This document shows, one piece after another, positions 8,858-15,282 of a stretch of DNA of 64,000 nucleotides. A program made the position numbers and the translations under genes. The stretch's first letter is position 1; each line of letters starts with the position of its first letter. The stretch is from a virus. The DNA lies in the IMG/VR virus record IMGVR_UViG_3300031132_000002; one strand, 5' to 3'. A model generated the notes under the pieces. The model was given only the letters and a program-made list of their open reading frames with translations, did no database searches and was not told where the DNA came from.

Positions 8858-8978
8858 GATGCGTCTGGCGAAATAGGTAGACGCGGGGGAATAGGGAATC
8901 TACTACGGTTGAGCGCCGTAGCTTACCGGAAGCCGCCGATGACTCACACATTACAGGTTCGAGTCCTGTTACGCATCA
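8858..8978 (+). ncRNA. tRNA-like RNA with Leu-type D arm and expanded central region
   Basis: GATGCGT/ACGCATC stem; GGCGAAATAGGTAGACGC D arm; ACAGG-TTCGAGT-CCTGT T arm. Confidence 0.65.
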
Positions 8979-8984
8979 ACTAAC

Positions 8985-9091
8985 GCCGGATAAGCCCTTG
9001 GGTAAGGGCGGGGCCATCAAAGCCCGAAAACAGCATTCACTTTTAGGGTGGTGTGAATACATAGGTGGTTCGACTCCACCATCCGGCTCCA
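8985..9091 (+). tRNA. non-canonical tRNA with TCA at the anticodon position (Sec-like or opal-reading), long variable arm
   Basis: GCCGGAT/ATCCGGC; 6-bp D stem GCCCTT/AAGGGC; GGGC-CATCAAA-GCCC; GGTGG-TTCGACT-CCACC; TCCA end. Confidence 0.6.
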
Positions 9092-9172
9092 ATTTTGCTT
9101 AATGCTCTGTTCATTATTATAGTGAGCAGATTACTAATCAAAAATAAATAATTCTTAGAGGAGAATATAGAT

Positions 9173-9781
9173 ATGTCAGAAGTTAAAAAAGTAATCACCG
9201 TAGCAGACCGTTCTACCAAAGCACTGAACACCGCAGCAACTGGCCTGGTTAAAATTACTCAGGATCTGGCAGCAATCGCTGACCAAGCAGTTTCTCTGGC
9301 GACAGACATTGAGTACAAGCAGAATGACCTGGACAATCTGAATCAGCAGTTCGATACTAAATTCCGTGAAGCTTCCGCTGAACTGAAACTGAAAGTAATC
9401 GAAGACGAAGATAAAGTACTCGGCACTCTTCTGAAATCTCGTAGTCTGGTAACTATTGATCCTAAAGAACTGGCAACCCTTCGTTCCGATCTGGCTGTAG
9501 CTCAGGATTCAAATGAAGATGCGCTGGCAGAAGCCAAGTCAGCGGGTGAACGTTCAGCAGCCATCGCGTTTAACGCTCAGAAGTCTGCAATCGAATCAAA
9601 CCATCGCGTAGCTATCGCTCAGTTCGAAGCTAACGAGAAGTCGTTTGAACAGCGTATTGCCTTCCTCGAAGAGCAGAACAAAGATCTGAAAGGTCAGATT
9701 ACCGCAGAACGTGAAACCCGTCTGGAAATCGCTCGTGCTGATGCGCAGCGTCAGGGCGTTACCGTTAACAACGGCAAGTAA
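9173..9781 (+). CDS. coiled-coil hypothetical protein
   Basis: GAGGAG RBS; Ala/Glu/Lys-rich helical 202 aa. Confidence 0.85.
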   Translation: MSEVKKVITVADRSTKALNTAATGLVKITQDLAAIADQAVSLATDIEYKQNDLDNLNQQFDTKFREASAELKLKVIEDEDKVLGTLLKSRSLVTIDPKELATLRSDLAVAQDSNEDALAEAKSAGERSAAIAFNAQKSAIESNHRVAIAQFEANEKSFEQRIAFLEEQNKDLKGQITAERETRLEIARADAQRQGVTVNNGK

Positions 9782-9787
9782 TTTAAT

Positions 9788-9809
9788 AAGCCCCTTCGGG
9801 GGCTTCTTT
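9788..9809 (+). terminator. intrinsic terminator
   Basis: AAGCCCC-TTCG-GGGGCTT followed by CTTT. Confidence 0.7.
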
Positions 9810-9987
9810 AGAAGTGTTTTAATGTAGAGAAAATGCGGAGTCCGATCCGCTGCTTAGATAATGTGTGCTTAACTGCTACCTGAAAGACTGATCAATATAG
9901 TAGGAATACTTGAGAGATGGTATGACTTGGTGCCTCACGTTGGAGTTCGGAGCCAACTTCTCTAAATTAAAATATTTATCGGAGGTA

Positions 9988-10167
9988 ATGATGAAACCAT
10001 ATGGACATACAGAGAAAGATAACTCTATCTGTGGTTGGGGTTGCTGCTTCCATCCTGACCGCACCCAGCGACATTGGACTTGTCGTAAGATAATTGATAA
10101 AGCCAAAAGAAAGAAAGCTCGTCGAGAAGGGAGAAAAGAGATTGACTTACAAAAGACATTCGAATAG
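9988..10167 (+). CDS. small basic Cys-containing protein
   Basis: GGAGG RBS before ATG 9988; ICGWGCC...KRKKARR. Confidence 0.55.
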   Translation: MMKPYGHTEKDNSICGWGCCFHPDRTQRHWTCRKIIDKAKRKKARREGRKEIDLQKTFE

Positions 10168-10363
10168 AATCAAAGCTAAATCACCTAAGAGAGTCTTAGA
10201 ATGGTGCGGTTGTGATCGTGCTCTTGTAGGCATAAATCAAAAATGTCCGGTATGTGGTGTAGTAAATGGAAATAAGAAGAAAAGATTTAAAAAACATATT
10301 GACTTCGATACCATTTCTGTAGTATAGTTACCTCACTGACCAACAAGGTTTAAAATAATATTT

Positions 10364-10440
10364 GCTCCGTTAGCGCAATTGGATAGCGCAAGAGATTTCT
10401 ACTCTCTAGGTTGGGGGTTCGAGTCCCTCACGGAGTGCCA
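10364..10440 (+). tRNA. tRNA-Arg(TCT)
   Basis: cloverleaf; AGAGA-TT TCT AC-TCTCT; encoded CCA. Confidence 0.93.
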
Positions 10441-10637
10441 GTTTGCGTCTGGTATATGCGTTGATTTAGAATTGTAGCGTTTGTAGACTAGCCTTCTTGT
10501 CGAGCACAATCTAATGAAATATACAAGCCATCGTTTTTAAAAGTTATTGTAACTTTTTGTTTTCCGATCATAGTAAGTAACCCCGCTTGCGGCGACAGAG
10601 GGGTACAATTTCAAATAATCATATAAGGAGAGACATA

Positions 10638-10814
10638 ATGGGTAAGAAAGTAAGCGCAGTAGATAAGATCATTCAGCCTTTCCAGTTTGAGAGCAAGTCT
10701 ACTCAGACCGAAAGCAAGCCAGTAGAAATGACCATTAACGGCGAAGTGAAGAAAGTGTCTCACCGTATCCGTACTGGTAAAACGAAGCGTGAACGCGCTC
10801 GCTCTGGTAAGTAG
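10638..10814 (+). CDS. small basic hypothetical protein
   Basis: AAGGAG RBS; MGKKVSAVDK...KRERARSGK. Confidence 0.65.
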   Translation: MGKKVSAVDKIIQPFQFESKSTQTESKPVEMTINGEVKKVSHRIRTGKTKRERARSGK

Positions 10815-10834
10815 TAAATAGTTTAAAATAGTTG

Positions 10835-10863
10835 TTGACAGATAATCAAATACGTGGTACATT
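10835..10863 (+). promoter_or_regulatory. promoter of main tRNA cluster
   Basis: TTGACA-17 nt-TACATT with extended TG. Confidence 0.7.
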
Positions 10864-10902
10864 GGTATTAAGTAGAGAAGATTGTTAGTTAACAACTACT
10901 TA

Positions 10903-10992
10903 GGAAGATAGGGTTTATGGTAAACAACTGGTCTTGAAAACCAGCCCATCGGTTAGTAGCTGGTGATGGTTCGATTCCATTATCTTCCTCCA
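10903..10992 (+). tRNA. tRNA-Ser(TGA)
   Basis: CTGGT-CT TGA AA-ACCAG; long variable arm; CCA. Confidence 0.9.
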
Positions 10993-10997
10993 AATTT

Positions 10998-11073
10998 GGG
11001 GATATAGTTTAGCTGGTAAAAATACTGGACTGTCACTTCGGAGCCACGGGTTCGATTCCCGTTATCCCCGCCA
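10998..11073 (+). tRNA. tRNA-Asp(GTC)
   Basis: CTGGA-CT GTC AC-TTCGG; GCCA end. Confidence 0.9.
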
Positions 11074-11114
11074 ATTAAGATATTGAGTGAGAAATCACAC
11101 CAATAAGAAGTAAT

Positions 11115-11208
11115 GGAGAATTAACCCTAATGGTAAGGGAAGTGTTTGCTAAACACTCAGTAGTCGCGGAAACGCGGCGTATCAGTTCAAGTCTGATATT
11201 CTCCTCCA
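11115..11208 (+). tRNA. tRNA-Ser(GCT)
   Basis: AGTGT-TT GCT AA-ACACT; long variable arm; CCA. Confidence 0.9.
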
Positions 11209-11209
11209 C

Positions 11210-11286
11210 GCATCGCTAGCTAAACTGGATAAGGCATCTGACTTTTAATCAGAATACTGGAGGTTCGAATCCTCCGCGATGCACCA
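11210..11286 (+). tRNA. tRNA-Lys(TTT)
   Basis: TCTGA-CT TTT AA-TCAGA; ACCA end. Confidence 0.93.
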
Positions 11287-11354
11287 AACAAAAAGTAAAA
11301 TAAATCTTTACTTCTGAATACTTTTATGATAGAGTATTGATAAATAAGGTTTAA

Positions 11355-11436
11355 GGGGATGTGGCGGAGAGGCCGAACGCACCTGACTGTAAATCAGGCA
11401 TACCACGCCCTGGTTCGAATCCAGGCAGCCCCACCA
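11355..11436 (+). tRNA. tRNA-Tyr(GTA)
   Basis: CCTGA-CT GTA AA-TCAGG; ACCA end. Confidence 0.9.
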
Positions 11437-11533
11437 AATAATGAAATCGAAATAAGGGAAGACGAGATGGCGTGATCTATATCACTCAGTCCTTCGGGGA
11501 TACAAGCTCGAAAAGTAGATTTCACCAAACAAC

Positions 11534-11609
11534 GATTCTATAGCTATAATGGTAGAGCAGTGGACTGTTAATCCACCGGTTGCAGGTTCGAGTCCTGCTA
11601 GGATCGCCA
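11534..11609 (+). tRNA. tRNA-Asn(GTT)
   Basis: GTGGA-CT GTT AA-TCCAC; GCCA end. Confidence 0.93.
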
Positions 11610-11615
11610 AATAAT

Positions 11616-11691
11616 GCTTGTATAGCTCAGTAGGTAGAGCAGTTGCCTTGTAAGCATCAGGTCACGAGTTCGATTCTTGTTGCAAGCACCA
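11616..11691 (+). tRNA. tRNA-Thr(TGT)
   Basis: GTTGC-CT TGT AA-GCATC; ACCA end. Confidence 0.92.
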
Positions 11692-11705
11692 AATTATCAA
11701 GCGAA

Positions 11706-11756
11706 CGCGCCTGATGAGTCTTTGAAATAAGACGAAACGCTGTGAAGCGTAGCGCG
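11706..11756 (+). ncRNA. type I hammerhead ribozyme
   Basis: CGCGC-CTGATGA-GTCTT(TGAAAT)AAGAC-GAAA-CGCT(GTGA)AGCG-TA-GCGCG: full consensus core, three stems, GUA cleavage triplet. Confidence 0.9.
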
Positions 11757-11882
11757 GAGTATCCCAAGAAGGGGAATAACTGGATACCAGTAGAGACTTC
11801 TCTAAGTATTTTCCAACGAGAATATTTAGAGCGTGGGTGTGCAATGTCTCTATATGCAGCACACAGCTAGCCCTTCAACATT

Positions 11883-11959
11883 GCGAGTTTAACTCAGTCT
11901 GGTAGAGTGTCTGCCTTCCAAGCAGTTCGTCATCGGTTCGAATCCGATATCTCGCTCCA
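11883..11959 (+). tRNA. tRNA-Gly(TCC)
   Basis: CTGC-CT TCC AA-GCAG; TCCA end. Confidence 0.92.
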
Positions 11960-11965
11960 AATTAT

Positions 11966-12053
11966 ATCGTGGTATACAAATTGGCCTAAGTAACCAGACT
12001 TTCAATCTGGCGCAGTTTTCTGCTTACGGGTTCGAATCCCGTCCACGATACCA
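11966..12053 (+). tRNA. tRNA-Glu(TTC) with atypical long variable arm
   Basis: CCAGA-CT TTC AA-TCTGG; variable hairpin GCAG-TTTT-CTGC; ACCA end. Confidence 0.82.
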
Positions 12054-12058
12054 AAAAA

Positions 12059-12130
12059 GAAGCTATAGTTTAATGCAAAACTTGTCACTTCCGAGATTGA
12101 CAAATGAAGATTTATCTTCTAGCTTCACCA
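12059..12130 (+). ncRNA. degenerate tRNA-like RNA (10-nt anticodon loop, no TTCG loop)
   Basis: GAAGCTA/TAGCTTC-ACCA; GTTT/AAAC; TTGTCA/TGACAA; GAAGA-TTTA-TCTTC. Confidence 0.6.
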
Positions 12131-12136
12131 AATTAT

Positions 12137-12283
12137 CGGATAGATGCAATATGAAAGTGCAGCGTTAGGGTTCGCAAGTTGGCGCTTGTTTGACTAACAA
12201 AACATAATTAGTATGGGCATTTCAAGAATACATAGCCTCGCCAAAGGAGATGTAAGAAGGTTCGACTCCTTCCTGTTCGCCCA
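12137..12283 (+). ncRNA. long tRNA-like RNA (147 nt)
   Basis: CGGATAG/CTGTTCG stem; GAAGG-TTCGACT-CCTTC T arm; CCA end; large insert. Confidence 0.65.
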
Positions 12284-12289
12284 AATGAT

Positions 12290-12363
12290 TGGCCTATAGT
12301 GTAGAGGTAGCACAGGAGCCTTTGACTCTCCTAGCCCAAGTTCAATTCTTGGTGGGCCTGCCA
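12290..12363 (+). tRNA. tRNA-Gln(TTG)
   Basis: GGAG(C)-CT TTG AC-(T)CTCC; GCCA end. Confidence 0.87.
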
Positions 12364-12395
12364 AATTTTAGTGCTTTCAATGAGAGCATTAATGT

Positions 12396-12472
12396 GTGGC
12401 TATATCATAATGGCTTAATGACGCTGCTTGTGATGCAGTTCTATGTGGGTTCGAGTCCCATTAGCCACCCCA
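12396..12472 (+). tRNA. tRNA-His(GTG)
   Basis: GCTGC-TT GTG AT-GCAGT; C73-CCA. Confidence 0.9.
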
Positions 12473-12540
12473 AAAAGCTTATTTACAACTCTAAGTAACT
12501 ATGCTATCATCCTTTTCATTACTAGAATAGGAGATGACGT

Positions 12541-12903
12541 ATGAAAAGTTGTGAGTATTGCAAGAAAGAATTTGAAGTAGTGCGAAAACACGGAGGAAAC
12601 AACAGAACATTTTGTTTTGATTGTGTTCCAGAAGGCTTAACCAAGAGCGAGAGAGCTAGAGTACATCAAGATATTCGTGGTATCAGATCTAAGCTTATGA
12701 AATTAGAATTAGGTTGTCACGTATGTGGTTATAAAAGATGTTCCGAGGCTTTAGAGTGGCATCACCCTACAAGTGATAAACTTCACGATCCTTCTAACGC
12801 TATTAAGAGATCTTGGGAAGCATATTTATTAGAGATTAAAAAGTGTATTCTTCTTTGCTCAAACTGTCACAGAGAAGTGCATTCAAATATTATCAGTCTG
12901 TAG
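12541..12903 (+). CDS. HNH homing endonuclease
   Basis: CHVCGY...ALEWHH...LLCSNCHREVH; own TTTACA-17-TATCAT promoter at 12482 and AGGAGA RBS. Confidence 0.85.
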   Translation: MKSCEYCKKEFEVVRKHGGNNRTFCFDCVPEGLTKSERARVHQDIRGIRSKLMKLELGCHVCGYKRCSEALEWHHPTSDKLHDPSNAIKRSWEAYLLEIKKCILLCSNCHREVHSNIISL

Positions 12904-12970
12904 CGCAGCCAGGTAGCGTGATTCCTTTGGAAGGAATGGGTCGTAGGTTCAAATCCTACCGGACTGACCA
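12894..12970 (+). tRNA. tRNA-Pro(TGG)
   Basis: ATTCC-TT TGG AA-GGAAT; ACCA end. Confidence 0.92.
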
Positions 12971-13004
12971 AACAATAGAAATCGAAGATGGTATCGGTTT
13001 CAAA

Positions 13005-13079
13005 GCGACTTTGACATAGACGGATGTGTGCTGCCCTGAAAAGGCAGAAAGGCTGGATCGTTACCAGCAGGTCGCACCA
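13005..13079 (+). tRNA. tRNA-Phe(GAA)
   Basis: CTGCC-CT GAA AA-GGCAG; atypical T loop ATCGTTA. Confidence 0.85.
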
Positions 13080-13083
13080 TTTT

Positions 13084-13156
13084 GCAGGTGTCCTGATGGA
13101 CAGGCAACACTCTACGAAGGTGTTTGTTCGAGGTTCGAATCCTTGCATCTGCACCA
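13084..13156 (+). tRNA. tRNA-Arg(ACG)
   Basis: ACACT-CT ACG AA-GGTGT; ACCA end. Confidence 0.82.
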
Positions 13157-13240
13157 TATCAAGGCTACGATTCCCTAATTGAAGATAGGATTCTGATAGG
13201 GCCGTGGATAATGCTTTTAGTTTAAAGCTGATTTAACAAT

Positions 13241-13322
13241 AGCGGTATAGTGAAACGGACATATAGATCACACTAGGCTCATACCCTAGTAATTGCGGGT
13301 TCGACTCCCGCTACCGCAACCA
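13241..13322 (+). tRNA. tRNA with CAT anticodon (Met/fMet; 1:72 mismatch)
   Basis: CTAGG-CT CAT AC-CCTAG; long D loop; ACCA end. Confidence 0.85.
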
Positions 13323-13329
13323 AACAAAT

Positions 13330-13414
13330 GCTCTTGTGGCGAAATTGGTAGACGCACCAGATTTAGAATCTGGCGTTGAGAGACGTGTGAGTTCGAGTCT
13401 CACCAAGAGCACCA
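13330..13414 (+). tRNA. tRNA-Leu(TAG)
   Basis: CCAGA-TT TAG AA-TCTGG; long variable arm; ACCA end. Confidence 0.93.
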
Positions 13415-13420
13415 AACAAT

Positions 13421-13565
13421 GTCGTAGTGATACAAAGCGAAAGAAAGATGGTTACGAGATACTTCCTCGACGGAGGTGGTGATGTGATTAATCGCTGGAG
13501 TAATGAGGATCACAGGTGGAGTTGATCGCCTTCTCTGAGAGGTTCGAATCCTTTCTACGATGCCA
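13421..13565 (+). ncRNA. long tRNA-like RNA (145 nt)
   Basis: GTCGTAG/CTACGAT stem; AGAGG-TTCGAAT-CCTTT T arm; GCCA end. Confidence 0.65.
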
Positions 13566-13571
13566 ATCAAT

Positions 13572-13652
13572 GCGTGGGTCACTAATCCTGGTGGTCAGGA
13601 GACGGCTTCCAAACCCGTTAGTTCAGGTGTTCGAATCATCACCTACGTGCCA
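13572..13652 (+). tRNA. tRNA-Trp(CCA), atypical
   Basis: ACGG(C)-TT CCA AA-(C)CCGT; G73-CCA; possible 8/4 acceptor/T stem geometry. Confidence 0.7.
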
Positions 13653-13657
13653 AATAT

Positions 13658-13733
13658 GGGAATATAATTCAGTTGGTAGAATGCTCGACCGATAATCGAG
13701 TCGTCACTGGTTCGAGTCCAGTTATTCCCACCA
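13658..13733 (+). tRNA. tRNA-Ile(GAT)
   Basis: CTCGA-CC GAT AA-TCGAG; ACCA end. Confidence 0.9.
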
Positions 13734-13872
13734 TATCCGCGCCAGCGGTGTAGATGTAAAAATCTACGGACACTTTATGTGTCCATCTTCGAAGACTAAT
13801 GCCTAGTTCCTTCAAAGAGTAGCCGAAAGGCAAGTTAGAGGGCTGCGACTCTTCAACGCAGGCAAAACTTAA

Positions 13873-13902
13873 GCCCCTGCCCTTTTAGGGTGGGGGTTTT
13901 TT
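13873..13902 (+). terminator. intrinsic terminator ending the tRNA cluster
   Basis: CCCCTGCCCT/AGGGTGGGGG + T6; near-identical stem at 23698. Confidence 0.85.
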
Positions 13903-13945
13903 ATTGTCTATTTTAGACTAACCTCCTACTTAAAGGAACCTCTAT

Positions 13946-14221
13946 ATGTCTGATACCCTACCAGATGTAAAATTACTTGGTGTAGAATACCAAGATCTGT
14001 ATGATGCAACAGGAATTACTCCTACCACACATATTGCCATTCAAAACAAACGTTCAGTAGCTGTTTATATTCAAGTTGCTCCAAATAAACCTTCATCCAC
14101 AAGCACAGATGGATATTTGCTTTTACCAAATAAAGTATGTATTGTCGTAGGAACAATCTCTAGGGTTTGGGCAATGGGGAGAAGCACAGTCTCAGTGCAA
14201 ATCGTGGAGGACAATAGCTAA
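13946..14221 (+). CDS. hypothetical protein, possibly virion-associated
   Basis: AAGGA RBS; coupled to the collagen-repeat gene. Confidence 0.7.
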   Translation: MSDTLPDVKLLGVEYQDLYDATGITPTTHIAIQNKRSVAVYIQVAPNKPSSTSTDGYLLLPNKVCIVVGTISRVWAMGRSTVSVQIVEDNS

Positions 14222-15162
14222 TGCCAGTAATGCCTTTTGAAATGTCAATGGATTTAAGTAGGGTAAAAGGTGGTGGTAGTGGAACACCAGGAAAGGATGG
14301 TAAATCTGCTTATCAGGTCTGGCTAGATTTAGGTAACGAGGGAACCGAGGAAGATTTTATCGATTCTCTTGAAGGCCCAGCGGGGCCAGAGGGGAAGCAA
14401 GGCAGGCAGGGTGATGCAGGGCCAGTAGGCCCAGCAGGATTAACCTGGAAGCATCAATGGAACTCCACTACTACCTACCAATCAGACGATGCCGTAGGCT
14501 ACGCAGGAGCCTCTTGGTTTGCCCTAAAAGAGAGTACAGGTAACGTACCTAATGAAGATGCAAGTGAATATTGGGCACTGCTTGCTTCTCAGGGAGCACG
14601 AGGCCCAGAGGGGCCACAAGGTGTACAGGGAATTCAGGGAAAGGATGGTAAAAGTGGAAGTTTTGAAGTTGACTCTTTAACAACTACACAACTCCAGAAT
14701 CTTAGGGCCAAATTAAAGACAGTAACACCTCAGAAGTTTTGGGCATATAGGGGTAAGATTCAAAGTGCTACCGGAGGATTAAAAACTTTCCCTCTGGCAG
14801 ATACGAATATTACTTTTCAAATCAAAACAACATCTGCTGATAGTGTTGAGTTTAGCATCTATGCTACAGATAAAGCAACACCTGCTCAGTATATGGTGAG
14901 ACGTTTCACTGTTTACGGGACAGCTTCACTAGAAGGTAAAGTCACCCCTAGCTACAGATACCAAGATTTAACAACGTCCACCTTCCAGATTGACGATTAC
15001 GATTATGCTGATGGAAGATCTCAGGTGATTATGAACATCATTGATTCGAGAAACAACCTTTTCTATTCGGTTACTCTCCAGATGGATGTAGGTGTTGATA
15101 CCGCTCGTTGGTTATATATGGAAGTTAATAAAGTAGGAGAAGACGGGTATATCTCGTTCTAA
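14221..15162 (+). CDS. collagen-repeat fibre protein
   Basis: G-x-y runs (GPAGPEGKQGRQGDAGPVGPAG); GKSAYQVWLDLGNEGTEEDF motif of phage fibre proteins. Confidence 0.8.
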   Translation: MPVMPFEMSMDLSRVKGGGSGTPGKDGKSAYQVWLDLGNEGTEEDFIDSLEGPAGPEGKQGRQGDAGPVGPAGLTWKHQWNSTTTYQSDDAVGYAGASWFALKESTGNVPNEDASEYWALLASQGARGPEGPQGVQGIQGKDGKSGSFEVDSLTTTQLQNLRAKLKTVTPQKFWAYRGKIQSATGGLKTFPLADTNITFQIKTTSADSVEFSIYATDKATPAQYMVRRFTVYGTASLEGKVTPSYRYQDLTTSTFQIDDYDYADGRSQVIMNIIDSRNNLFYSVTLQMDVGVDTARWLYMEVNKVGEDGYISF

Positions 15163-15282
15163 CGGCTCCCGCTTCGGCGGGTTCTCTACTTACGATGGTA
15201 CTGTCAAAAAGATTTAACTTGTAAGGATCAGAGATACGTGCTATATTCAAGATAGAACACTTTCTAATCAACAGGTATAAAA

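Noticed and set aside
10441-10610. Possible theta or twister ribozyme after tRNA-Arg
   Set aside because: Hairpins are present but I could not place the catalytic consensus; an Infernal search is needed.
13084-13156. Reading this tRNA as Val(TAC)
   Set aside because: The 5-bp stem ACACT/GGTGT closes the loop CT-ACG-AA, giving Arg(ACG).
12137-13565. Long tRNA-like RNAs as tmRNA
   Set aside because: Far too short, no tag ORF, and no Ala-type GGGG/A73 acceptor end.
11662-13582. ORF-track ORFs across the tRNA cluster (11662-, 12289+, 12867-, 13400-)
   Set aside because: They overlap clear tRNA genes and lack an RBS.
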